Shown here: in pieces, positions 14,501-26,909 of the stretch | How positions within the stretch are numbered: position 1 is the first letter of the stretch | How the letters are laid out: each line of letters starts with the position of its first letter | Assembly: GCF_964355755.1 (NCBI RefSeq) | Contig: NC_092673.1 | Location: forward strand, 32,981,648 to 33,045,647 | Direction of reading: 5' to 3' | DNA from: Antedon mediterranea | Taxonomy: Eukaryota; Animalia; Echinodermata | DNA length: 64,000 bases | Made by a program: the position numbers and the translations under genes | The notes under the pieces: model-generated | The model's input: the letters and a program-made list of their open reading frames with translations, nothing else | Told to the model about the DNA's origin: nothing | Database searches by the model: none

Positions 14501-15059
14501 TATACTGTATAAATCAGCGTTCAGCAAACGTTTTATCTCGCAGGCTAAAATCCTCTTCCCGGGACCAACCTGCGGCGCAACTTCTCCCAGCAGCACCAAC
14601 GAAATGAATGTAATGAAAGACCATGACACCTCAGCCCCAACGGTTGAGGCTGATGTAAGAACATTTTAGGTCCCAGAAAATTGCATTGTATTTTTTGGAG
14701 GGTAACAAGCCGCACATCAAACATTTTAAGCAACATCAAATAATGTTTGTTTTCACAATTTCATAAGCCACTACTCCGCGGCCTTTCAAAATTATTTCGC
14801 TTCCCAAATTTGGGCCACGGTCCATAGTTTGCGGAACGTCGGTATAAATGACATTTTGTAATGACTTATTAGACAATCTTCCAAAAACTCAAAATTCCTG
14901 TTATTATACACAAAGTGTAATATTCAAAATGTCATGGAAATCCTACATGCTGTACTGTGCAAAAATGTATACATGGTAATAATGGAGTCGGTACACGTTC
15001 ATTAGCATTTGAGGAATAGTCGGAATTTACCAATCAATCTTAACAATTTTGTTGGTTAT

Positions 15060-17010
15060 TTAAATATCGTAACATTTTTTCATATCTTCTTTTGCTTCTT
15101 CCATTGTAATATCCTTCCATCCGTCTGGAATATCAGCCTCCTTAGCGTTGTAGTATTCAGCAAGTTCAGTATTGTATGTTGCCATAAACCATTTCCAAAA
15201 CTTCTGTGACTCGCCTTCAAGTGGTTCAATTTTCCACGATGCGTAGTAGTCATTCACATTCCTATAATCTCTGTAATTGACCCATTCGTTGTTTGTGTTC
15301 TTGTTACAAAAGCGGCCATTAGCCAATAAAGAAGTTGTGCATACATCTGTGGTGAGTTTTCTTGACTCATTCCACCTATATGCGGCGACCCCTTTCGGTC
15401 TGTGACAATCTGAACGATGGTGATCATGTGGGCCATGAAGGTCGCATAGTGCTTCACAAAATGGACACGCCTCCTGGCAAGCTAGTAGATCAGCTGTAAA
15501 GAAATTACAACAGGATGTGCGTATTTCACTGAAAATGCTCGTATCATAAGCATTAATAATTGTATCTTTGATGACGTTTAGTTCCAATAACAGTTTATCG
15601 CTAAGGATTTTCAAATCCAAATCTCTGTCCTCATCAAAAAACATAATGTCTGTTTTGACGCATAACTCTTTATCAATGTGTCCAAGAAAGGTTGGCCACC
15701 ATGATTTCATTGTAATAGAACCTTTCGCACTTAATGCACGGATAGCTTCTTTGAATCCATTTAATATGTCCTGAACTTTATTATGATATATATCTTGTAT
15801 TGCAGAACTACTAGTGTTATCATCCTTCTGGAAACACATTTTCTCTATTTGTTCAGAAGTGAACATTTTGATGCTCAGTATTGGATTAGATAAGTACTTC
15901 TCAAATGAATGGAAATCGCCCGTTTCTGCTATTTCAACCAGCATCCATGCATGGACAGACATCTTACTTGAAAAACCTTTGTTGGCTTTCAGTTTATCAA
16001 TTACTCCACGTTTGCATTTTTCTGGAAGAGCTGTTTTAATAGCACTTGCAATCCATCGAGATGTAGCCGACGCCACTTTATCAGTTACGTGCACATCATT
16101 ACATTCTTCTTTAAACATTTGCCACAATCCTTCTTTTTGAGACTCCATGTATATTCTCGGATCATTTTCCCGCTTGTATTGTTTCTGCATATTTGTTAAG
16201 ATGGGTATGAGTTTTACCTTGTAATTGCACACGGCTAGTCGAATCTTTCCTTTCACGGTAACGTGAACGTTCTCATCTAATTCTATCTTTCCCAAATCAC
16301 TAAGCAAATCACTAAGAAGTTCACATCCCAGTTGTATAGTGTAACTTCTTCCATTCTGTTCAAGCTTTGTGATTTTTGTTTTAAATTTATTTACAATTAT
16401 TTCTTTAGCACTATTAGCCTTATTTACATATGCTTTGTTGCTACTGAACACTGTTTTACCAATTGATTTAAAAGCTTGTTTTATTGGTGTTTGTTTAACC
16501 GGATGATTGATATCTAAAGACAAATCAGTTTTAAGTACGTCAGTATTAAACGTTTCAGACTGCAATATACTTTTAACTTCTGATTGATCGTTTCCTAAGA
16601 AACATTTGACGGTGACCAATTGAAATGACATGTGTACATCTACGTGTCTATCATCTCCTGGTATGTCTGAAACCCACGTTTTCCAGTTTGTAGCAAATTC
16701 TCGTTCGAGTTGCCAATTAGGTAGTTGTTGATTTCGATACTTGTCGGCAAGTTTGTTAGCTTTTTGATAAATATCTTTATTGTACATTTTAATGTCAGCA
16801 TCAATGCTAGCTCTTTTGATAATTTTATTTCCAGAAGAAATAAATGAGTTCCTTATTTCAGCTTTTATTTCCTCACAAAGACCACTGACTTGAATGTCCA
16901 TTTTACCTTCCCATTGACATGTTTTTGTTTCTTTTGTAAAATAAATTGCCATGCTTGATTTAAATCTGTGGATGTCTTCTTCTAATTCCTGTAAATAACT
17001 GTCCAAGATA
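15060..17010 (-). CDS. VLIG/GVIN1-like GTPase paralogue A, last exon, 3' part (helical region and C-terminal Cys/His motif)
   Basis: An open frame of about 650 aa is colinear with the C-terminal 40% of the 1568-aa ORF, e.g. FFTADLLACQE.CPFC.ALCDL.G.HDHHR.DCHRP and FWKWFMATYNTELAEYYNAKEADIP. Confidence 0.92.
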
Positions 17011-17039
17011 TACACAGCAAAATTTGAAATTCTAAGCAA

Positions 17040-18575
17040 GAAAAAAAAATCTTGTTTTAAGAAAAAATTCTTAAAATAAGTATTTTTTTTCTTGTCAAGA
17101 TTTAAAATTACTTAAAACAAGAAATAATTTTCTAGAAAAGACACATTTTCTTAAATTAAGTTTTGCAATATTCTGGAAAATGCTTATTACAAGAAATATT
17201 TTACTTAAAATAAGAAGTCAATATCATTCTCTTCTTATTAAGAATAGTTTTGCTTAAAACACGATTTGAAAATACTTAATTTGAAAAGTATTTTACTTAA
17301 AATAAGAAATCTATATTTTATTTATCCCTATCAAGAATAATTTTTCTTAAATCAAGATTGATGAATTATAAAAATTACTTAAAACAATCATTATTTTTCT
17401 AGGTAAGACAAAGTTTCTTAAATTAGGTTTCGCAATAGTCTTGAAAATACTTGTTTTGAGAAATATTTTACTTAAAATAAGAAGTCAATTTCACACTACC
17501 CTTATCAAGATTATTTTTACTTGAATCAAGATTCGCAATATTCTTGAAAATGCTTATTACAAGAAATATTTTACTTAAAATAAGAAGTCAATATCATTCT
17601 CTTTTTATTAAGAATAGTTTTGCTTAAAACAAGATTTGAAAATACTTAATTTGAAAAGTATTTTACTTAAAATAAGAAATCAATATTATATTTATCCCTA
17701 TCAAGAATAATTTTTCTTAAATCAAGATTGATGAATTCTAAAAATTACTTAAAACAATAAATATTTTTCTAGGTAAGACAAAGTTTCTTAAATTAGGTTT
17801 CGCAATATTCTTAAAAATACTTATTTTGAGAAATGTTTTACTTAAAATAAGAAGTCAATATCATACTATCTTATCAAGACTATTTTTGCTTAAATTGAGA
17901 TTCGCAATATTTTTAAAAATACTTATTTTGAGAAATGTTTTACTTAAAATAAGAAGTCAATATCATACTATCTTATCAAGACTATTTTTACTTGAATCAA
18001 GATTCGCAATATTCTTAAAAATACTTATTTCGAGAAATGTTTTACTTAAAATAAGAAGTCAATATCATACTATCTTATCAAGACTATTTTTGCTTAAATT
18101 GAGATTCGCAATATTTTAAAAAATACTTATTTTGAAAAATGTTTTACTTAAAATAAGACGTCAATATCATACTATCCTATCAAGACTATTTTTGCTTGAA
18201 TTCAGATTCGCAATATTCTGATTTTGAGAAATGTTTTACTTAAAATAAGAAGTCAATATCATACTATCTTATCAAGACTATTTTTACTTGAATCAAGATT
18301 CGCAATATTCTTTAAAATACTTATTTTGAGAAATGTTTTACTTAAAATAAGAAGTCAATATCATACTATCTTATCAAGACTATTTTTGCTTAAATTGAGA
18401 TTCGCAATATTTTTAAAAATACTTATTTTGAGAAATGGTTTACTTAAGATAAGAAGTCAATATCATACTATATCCTATCAAGACTATTTTTGCTTGAATT
18501 GAAGTCAATTCTATTTTAATATTCTTAAAAATACTTATTTTGAGAAATGTTTTACTTAAAATAGATTGTCAATAT
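17040..18575. repeat. Left subterminal array: 102-bp units (about 17810-18575) plus a higher-order duplication of about 370 bp
   Basis: The spurious ORFs at 17826 and 18224 show a 34-codon period. tgcttattacaagaaatattttacttaaaataagaagtc occurs at 17181 and 17551. CTT-N5-AAG motifs are dense. Confidence 0.9.
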
Positions 18576-19530
18576 CCTTATATTCACACAACGGTAGAGC
18601 AGTTAGCACTTCAGTTTCAACTGATGAAAGAATCTGGGTAATCAAACTGTTTGTGCTTTGAATAATCGATTGCACTGCAACCTAAAGAAAATAATATTGA
18701 TTTAATATTTTTTATATTCAAGTTTTAATATGTTTAAAAACTAAGTTGTGCTTTAGTTGGGGAGCTATATGCAGCCTAACAAAAAAAATGTTATTTGTAA
18801 CAATGAAATTGGTCACAAAAAAATGCAACATAAACTTAGAGTGTATAATGCCTAGGCCTAGTACCCAAGTCCTATAGTTACTATAGCTAATAGTCCTGTA
18901 TAATAACAGTACCAGCAAGGCCTAGGAAATAGACGTATTTCTCTAATAAAAAATAGTTTAAAATGCATAATTGTTGTAATTTTAAAGCAAAATGGCTTAC
19001 CTGTGGAATCTTGTTTCTCTCCTTTAATTTTAGTAGAAAGAAATCAGCATTTTTTATACTATTATCTGCTTGTTCATCCTCTAGTTAGTAGGCCTTCTTG
19101 CTGAGCATCAACACGATAATTAATATTAAACAATCATTAACAGTATAACAATACTAGAATTATCACTACTAACTACTATCGTCAGTTGATAAATCATCTC
19201 CGTTATAATAGTTTTTTTCTTCATTAACTTCGTCAGTCTCCTAGTCTAGGCCTAGTTCTACTTCATCCTCAATTGGCATCCTCGTTTTCTCCAGGCATAC
19301 TTATATACTGATGTTTCCATCGTCAACTGCAGGAGGTTGCCGATTGTTATACTCGTCCTTAAAATGGCGTCTTATGACATGCTTGTAAAACGAATTGTAA
19401 ATTCCAAAGCTTGCCGGGCAGCGAACCACCAATTCCACATGTTACTCGAAAATTCGGAGTATTTCCATGAATTGAATTATAATGCCTTAGCAAATAGGGT
19501 AGCAAATACTGTACCTACTTCAGTTTACTG
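18575..19530 (-). pseudogene. 5' remnant of EnSpm-type transposase (C2H2 zinc fingers and following helices)
   Basis: Hand translation gives LLRHYNSIHGNTPNFRVTCGIGG/CPASFGIYNSFYKHVIRRH (one frameshift), then NADFFLLKLKERNKIPQ, an intron at 18682-19000 (GTAAG..TTTAG), and VAVQSIIQSTNSLITQILSS. It is truncated at the left array and has no catalytic domain. Confidence 0.65.
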
Positions 19531-19895
19531 GCACCAACTTATCGCTTTTTTTCGGACTGCAACAAACATGTGTCATTATTATTGTCTGTCGTATTACTGT
19601 TGGTCCAGACGTTTTATAGATTTGCTTTAACCACCATGGAGGTTTATACCTCCATGCTTTAACGTTGAGCAGTATAATGACCTTATACATTCTGGGTAAA
19701 AGGCCAGCGATAAATTTTTGGTTATAGTTGAAAAACAACACTGTGTGTGGTCGATGACCTAGCTCCCGGCGGGATCATGGCCAACGGTTTTTTAAAGTAA
19801 TCATTCAAAATCTAGAGTTTGTAAGTAAAAGACACCTTTCATCGCAATTTATATATTAAATGCTTCAATAGGCCTAGTAAGATTAGTCTAATATA

Positions 19896-22067
19896 ATGTC
19901 GAAGGAAGACGCTTTGTTGAAGATCCGAGAAATAGATGAAGAAGTGGCCAACATTTTAACAGGTTCGTAGGCCTAATAATTATATTTTAATCTGCCAGCA
20001 GTCTAGGCCTAGCCTCCCTAGGCTCCTTCCTAGTTAGTAATACTGTAGGCCTGGAACTAGTAGGTCTAGGCTAGCCTACTATGCCTGTACTGACGGACAG
20101 GTGTATAGGTTTAGCTTAGCATTTTAGTTCAGACATTGACAGAAGGGACAAATATTGTCGGACCTATTTCAGCTAGGTATAAGGAAGGCCTAATAATACT
20201 TAATAGATAATACAATTATAATGTAACAGTTATTTTGTAATGTAGCCATGAAATATCTACGAAGGATTATACTGTATTATTTATATACACATATTCCAAT
20301 GAGAAATATAATGACATTTAAAAACACTTGAAGTGTTTTTAAATGTCATTATATTTCTCATTTCTCTTTATATTTAATTAATTGTACACACTAAGTAATT
20401 CCCGAAGTGATCACATCAATATTGAAACTTTATGTTTTTAACTCTAAATTTAAAAAAAACATACTAAAAAAACAAACAAAAAACATACGTACTGCATAAC
20501 TAAAATTGTTATATTAAATTTCTTTTTAAAAAACTGTGTTATTTACAATATCTTAAATTATTTGTTAGGTAATTGAAGAAGTTCGAAGGATACTAATTAT
20601 TACTAGGCAAAGAGGAATGAAATACAAAAGAAAGCTTTTTAAAAAAGTGCTTAGCAAATTTTTCCAAAGAAGAGAATAATATAGTTTATTTTGGTATTTT
20701 AAAGAGAAACACCAGTCCTCCATCTGGTAAGTACAGTGTATGTTTTTGTACTTTTATCTATTCATAAATAGTTTTATAATGGACCAATGGTAGTGAGGAA
20801 AATACGTGTACATATTGTGTACGTATTTTTAACAGCTTGGTTCGACTCAAGCTAGTGTCATGCACTCCTCCCTTTGACAACTAAAATTAAATAAATGACT
20901 TATGAATATTAATTTTTGACATATTAATGCTCTCCTGGCCAGCCCACCCTTTCCCCTTCCTTTTACATTGACCACCTACAAAACTGTAGGCTACATTATT
21001 AAAAATTTGAGCTACAGTATATCAAGTTTATGTCCATACATTATTCCACTCATTTAAATAAATTTATATAATATAATGTTTTCAATTTGTTATTTTTGGT
21101 TAGGTTCAAAGATAACCCATATGTTGTCAAATCTGTCAAACATATTTGTTGGGAAAAACTCATCAAAAAAAGTCTGCCGACCTTGAAGGTATTTAGTGTT
21201 TTTAAAAATTTAAAATACAAGTAACATTATGTACATTAAAAAAAAATATCTTAAAGTGTTTTTTTAAAATCAAATTTATCTTAGCTTAAAATTCGAGGTA
21301 TATACTATGTTTACAATAATTTATTAAAATCAAACAATTAAACAAAATTTACATTTAATTGTATGATTGTTATTATAAACATTGATACAGAATAAAAACA
21401 TCAATCAGGATTGAGCACCGTTTTGCGTATTGTCTTCCTAAATAGTAATATTAAAAATAAATTTAGACCCTAATAATTTAACTAAAAATAATAGATACAG
21501 CCAGGCCTGTCTTTGGGATCGGTATAAACAGGGCAAAGTTTGTGATTAAAAAGTTCAAATGCATATTCCACCCACCCTTATGTCTTATAATGTAAAATTA
21601 TTCTTACCACCGTTCTAATATTGCGTCATGTTTTTGTGTTTACCGCCCCAGATATAGGATTCTAAAACCACACCGTACCCAATTAGTTGATGATGTTACA
21701 CATATTTTAAATACAGTAATAACTAAAACTATATTAATCTCTTTTCATTTTTAGGAACATGAATAAAGATCCAGAATCCTGGTCTTCACGCCGATCAGGT
21801 AATATGCCGGTATTGCTTTTGGACACAGAAATGGCCTACATTAAAGTTTAGCAAACAATTCTAACTACAAAGAAAGCAAAATTAGATGAGGCTCTAGTTA
21901 CTCTCCTCTCCACTTTTTACCTTCTGGATTTCGATTATCCAAAATGAAAAGAAGTAGGCCTCACTATCCTTTAACAGTTAGTGATTTGTGATGAAAACAC
22001 ACCTGTACACTTGACAAAGGCTGTTGAATCATCATTAGTATACATTAATAAATTTAAAGACACCTAA
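19896..22067 (+). pseudogene. Decayed multi-exon accessory gene (ORF2/TnpA-equivalent, SAMD3-like C-terminus) of the EnSpm element
   Basis: It starts MSKEDALLKIREIDEEVANILT. AG/GT-bounded exon remnants lie near 20570-20726, 21104-21188 and 21756-22067. The last reads DEALVTLLSTFYLLDFDYPK*KEVGLTIL*QLV, matching the FYxFxxxYP motif of animal EnSpm ORF2. Confidence 0.6.
20298..20362. repeat. Perfect hairpin with 32-bp arms and 1-nt loop
   Basis: aatgagaaatataatgacatttaaaaacactt g aagtgtttttaaatgtcattatatttctcatt. Confidence 0.95.
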
Positions 22068-22359
22068 TAGTTTAAAGCCCAGGTGCGGGAGAAGAATTTT
22101 ACGAAATTTGTATTTTACCATTTTAATGTTTTTAAGTTTTCTTTTGATGGCATTTAATATTAATAAAAACAAGTTTGTTTTAAAGAAGTTGTATATATTA
22201 TTGTATCTAATGTCATGTAAATTGTAGTTCTTAATGAAAATAACAGTATTGTTAATATTATGTTTTATAACATTCTTGAATTTATTTGTTTAAGTAAAAT
22301 ATTACTTAAAATGAGTATTCATTTATCGTTCTTAAAATAAATTTTTAATGATTTATATT

Positions 22360-23957
22360 TTATAGAATTCTTGTTTCAAGCAATTTTTTTCCCAATATAA
22401 GTAAGAATTTACGAATTTTAATTTGATAGAATTCTTGTTTCAAGCAATACTTTTCTTAAAATAAGTAAACATTTACTGGTTTTTATTTGATAGACTTCTT
22501 GTTTACTTATTTTAAAAAAAGTTTTGCTTGAAACAAGAATTCTACAAAAAAAAATCGGAATATTCTTACTTATTTTAAGAAATATATTGCTTGAAACAAG
22601 AAAACTAAAAATATAAATCGGAATATTCTTACTTATTTTAAGAAAAATATTGCTTGAAACAAGAATTCTACAAATAAAAATCGGAATATTCTTACTTATT
22701 TTAAGAAATATATTGCTTGAAACAAGAATTCAAAAAATACAAATCAAAATATTCTTACTTATTTTAAGAAAAATATTGCTTGAAACAAGAATTCAAAAAA
22801 TACAAATCGGAATATTCTTACTTATTTTAAGAAAAATATTGCTTGAAACAAGATTTCAAAAAATACAAATCGGAATATTCTTACTTATTTTAAGAAATAT
22901 ATTGCTTGAAACAAGAATATTAAAATTAAAAATCGAAATATTCTTACTTATTTTAAGAAAAATATTGCTTAAAACAAGAATTCTAAAAAATACAAATCGG
23001 AATATTCTTACTTATTTTAAGAAAAATATTGCTTGAAACAAGAATTCTACAAATAAAAATCGGAATATTCTTACTTATTTTAAGAAATATTTTGCTTGAA
23101 ACAAGAATTCAAAAAATACAAATCGGAATATTCTTACTTATTTTAAGAAAAATATTGCTTGAAACAAGAATTCAAAAAATACAAATCGGAATATTCTTAC
23201 TTATTTTAAGAAAAATATTGCTTGAAACAAGAATTCAAAAAATACAAATCGGAATATTCTTACTTATTTTAAGAAATATATTGCTTGAAACAAGAATATT
23301 AAAATTAAAAATCGGAATATTCTTACTTATTTTAAGAAAAATATTGCTTAAAACAAGAATTCTAAAAAATACAAATCGGAATATTCTTACTTATTTTAAG
23401 AAAAATATTGCTTGAAACAAGAATTCTACAAATAAAAATCGGAATATTCTTACTTATTTTAAGAAATATTTTGCTTGAAACAAGAATTCAAAAAATACAA
23501 ATCGGAATATTCTTACTTATTTTAAGAAATATATTGCTTGAAACAAGAATTCTATAAAATACAAATCGGAATATTCTTACTTATTTTAAGAAATATATTG
23601 CTTGAAACAAGAATTCAAAAAAATACAAATCGGAATATTCTTACTTATTTTAAGAAAAATATTGCTTGAAACAAGAATTCTATTTTAAAAAATCGATAAA
23701 TTGTTACTTATTTTAAGGCAGATACTGCTTAAAACAAGACTTAAAAAAGCAATTAAATTCTTGGTAAGAATATTGTTCTTAAAGTATTATTTCTTGGTAA
23801 GAATAATTTTCTTGATAAGAATTTGTGTGATTCTTGTTAAGAATTTTACGATTCTTGGTAAGCCAAAAAGTATTGAAATACGGACAAGTCAAAATTTACT
23901 TGTTTCAAGAAATATTTTGCTTGAAACAAGTTTTTTTTTTCTTAAAACAAGAATCAG
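22360..23957. repeat. Right subterminal array: 63-bp units with 379-bp higher-order repeat
   Basis: A 21-codon period is visible, and ORFs 22650-23036 and 23029-23415 are nearly identical (offset 379). Units at about 22360-22500 are in the inverted orientation. Confidence 0.92.
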
Positions 23958-23969
23958 AATTTTGCTGTG

Positions 23970-26750
23970 TACTGTCCATCTTTCCTCATCTCTTCTGCTG
24001 TGAGTTTCTGACATTCAATTTGGAGTCCGTAGCTGTATTCCAGTGCGTTTCTTCTGAATGTACGGGCATGCTTCACATATTCTACATTCAAAGCGTTAAA
24101 AGCTTGAATCTCGATAGAATTTTTGAAACTGAATACAAAATGTTGACCTAATATTGCATTCCAAAGATCGCGTAGCAATTTTGGAAACTCAGCTATACGC
24201 TTAGGTTCGGAATATTCCATGAATTCAAAGATTTGTTTCTTTACTTGAAGAATGCATTGGCTGTAACCAGGATTAGGGGGCGCCATTGGTAGATCTCCTT
24301 GCCAAAGGCTGGAAATGTACATAATGTGTTTGTTTTCTTGAAAGTTAATGACATCAGAAAACGATCGATATTTTTCACTGCAATTCTCTTCGGCCGCAGC
24401 AATTTTTGTCATTTCATCCAATGTTTCTCGCATACGTCTTTTTTGTTTCGTATTCAAATCAGATGCTCTGACATCAGTGACATTTTGATGTACAAATAAG
24501 CAGCTGGGTTTAATATTAACATTATTGATTTTCATAAAAGCGTGGACAGCAATTTGAAGTGTGTCTTGCATGTCTGTTGGGTTTTCTCCCATAATATTTA
24601 TTATGGTAAGATCACCTAATCCAATCACTAGCGTGGCAAGTTCATTATCACGACTGGTGTCCTGTTGAATGCTGGTGAATTCAGGAGACCGCAAACCCTC
24701 AGTGTCAACCACAAGCATGTAGTCACATTGTGTCTCTTCTCTTAAACCTTTATCTAACGATACCAGTTGGGCGAATATACCTTTAGTACATCTTCCAGCA
24801 CTAACAGAGAATTGTAAACCAAACATAGCATTTAACATGGTTGATTTTCCGCTACTTTGAATGCCCAGTACAGATAACACAAACACTTTTTTATTACCAA
24901 CTTGGTATTTAAGAGAATTGAACACGGCTTCAATCCAAGTGAGAGGCACGTGGGTTGCATCACCATCCATCAGCTCAATAGGGTATCCATGTATTAACAT
25001 TTCAGCAGTAACTTCTGCTAAGTAATCACTGTCAGATATTGGTAATTTCAATGCTGATAACATTTCGTAATTCTGTCCAATTTCTCTAGTGAAATGTTCC
25101 AATCCTACAGATTCATGAGATAGTTGCTGTTCAAGTTCATCAAGTTTATATTTCATTGTTTCCAATGTTGGTTTAGATGTTTCTGGTTTGTCTTTGTTGT
25201 GGTCACATAATTCATTCCACTTTGCTATGTACTCTTCACGTATCGGCTGTAGCTTTTGAATGCTATATCTATCGGCCATTATCTTTACTAATCCAAAGAA
25301 ATATTTTCTTTCAATAGTCTTGTAGCTGAATGACTGTTTAAACAACATATACGTGCTTTGGCTGCGTTCCTTGCGTTCCCTGTGTAAATTTAATTGCAAA
25401 CTACGTAAGTCGTTTATCTCTTTCTTTACCTTTTCAACATACACCTCGATTTGCATATTTCCTTTTCCTAGTAGCCGACGCTGTTCTTTTTTCTTGTCTC
25501 CAATTTTCACTGTTATCATCTGCAAGGGCAGTTCCTTATGTTTCCCCTCTTTTTCGACGAGCTTAAGTAACATACCAACTGTCTTTTTTGCTTCTGAACA
25601 ATCAAATTCGTCAACGTGGAAATTTATTTTGTCTGCTACTTCAATGCACTCCTCGATACTCCTATCATGTAGGCCTACAATTTCCCGGTTACTTCCCTTG
25701 AAATTACATTTAAGCAGTTTCCAAATTTCTGCACTTATTTTCAGCTCGTTTTTGTTGAATGACTTAATACATTGTACCTCTTTGTTCACATCTCGAAAAT
25801 TTTCTTGAATTTCACGTAAGACTTTTTTTAAAACTTCTCCAGCAGAGCCGTCCAAGATAAAAATGACGTGACCCATTTGTCTGTACAATGATTTAAGTAA
25901 CGTAGCGTCATGGTCATTAAAGTTAGCACATGAAACAAATGCAATAGTGACCAGTGATATCTCTGATAAAAATTGTGTCTGAAGTTGGAAATCCGATGCA
26001 TTTCCTCGTAGGTTTATGAAAGCTATTGCTTCTGAAACAGTACCATTCTGCGTTGGAATGTACCACGCTATTTCTAATAACCCATTTGATAATTTTCGTT
26101 CTAAATTACCACCTTTGCATCCATAATTAAAGAAAGTATCATGTTTCTGCTCATTAATGACACAGTTGACAATTTTTGATTTGGATATTTTAGGTCTTCC
26201 TAATCGCAAAGCAGAAACAATCGGTAACTTTTCTACCACCATTGACCGTTCACAAGACGAACCTGATATTGTTTTCCAATTTTTTGTTATTGTGCTCATT
26301 CCCCAGACAATCAGTTTCCATTGTTTATCCTGTACGTTCGTCACTGGGACCAGTAATGGTATAGCTAACTGACATAGCGACAATTTTTCAATCAAAATTT
26401 GTGTTAAAAAATTGTCACAACACAACAAAATGGCCACCAGTGCGTCTAATGGACTCACGTGACCGTTTTGTTTACCTTGATTTGGGCTTTCGTCTTGTAG
26501 AACAGAAAGAAGTGAACAAGATTGAATTTCTTCTAAATCAAATGATCTTCCTTCATAGTTACATATTATAAGATTTTGTAAGATATACCAAGGTATTTTG
26601 CTTGGGTCGTCATTGAGTTCATCTGGTGAAATCACATGTTTGGAGACTACCTCTTTACGAGTTAGTTTTCTGGGATAATATTTCTGTAGTCCTAGATGTT
26701 CAACCATCTGCTTATGTATGTTAATTTTATCTTCTCTTTCATCTAAAGAA
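23970..26750 (-). CDS. VLIG/GVIN1-like GTPase paralogue A, last exon, 5' part (URGCP-like domain and VLIG-type G domain)
   Basis: G1 GIQSSGKS, G2 GRCT, G3 DTEG, then DNELAT and FVHQNV. The acceptor tttcag lies at 26751-26752 (phase 2). The frame runs into the transposon TIR and stops (YTAKF*). Confidence 0.93.
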
Positions 26751-26845
26751 CTGAAAGTACAACGAGTTTGATGAATAAACATGATAAATATGATGATCCC
26801 AACGGCAAATACTTATTTATTAATTAATTCCACATTTTAACTTAC

Positions 26846-26909
26846 TCTACATTCTTCTGCAAAGGTACTTCTGTCGTCCTCAGTAAAGGTATGATTACGG
26901 GTTTAAAAT
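26846..26909 (-). CDS. Paralogue A exon 5 (64-nt linker)
   Basis: ttttaag|ATTTT...GTAGA|gtaagt; phase 1 to phase 2, reads (D)FKPVIIPLLRTTEVPLQKNV(D) and joins exon 4 to the GTPase exon in frame. Confidence 0.75.

Larger units (their letters stand above)
17013..23969. mobile_element. Internally deleted EnSpm/CACTA (CMC)-type DNA transposon, 6957 bp, inserted in GTPase exon
   Basis: TIR CACAGCAAAATT...AATTTTGCTGTG with TA TSD at 17011-17012 and 23970-23971. Long subterminal arrays and two divergent decayed internal genes are present. Removal restores the host frame (..KDGQ-Y-ILDSY.. vs paralogue ..EEGE-Q-ILDWY..). Confidence 0.92.

Noticed and set aside
17011-17039. TTG start of the 659-aa ORF as an independent gene
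   Set aside because: The first residues come from the transposon terminus; the ORF is the 3' half of the split exon.
17826-18502. Repetitive ORFs (RNVLLKIRSQYHT...) as proteins, or the array as CRISPR
   Set aside because: Read-through of a 102-bp tandem repeat with no unique spacers, no cas genes and a eukaryotic context.
22650-23415. Two 128-aa Ile/Leu/Lys-rich ORFs
   Set aside because: Artefact of the 63-bp subterminal repeat.
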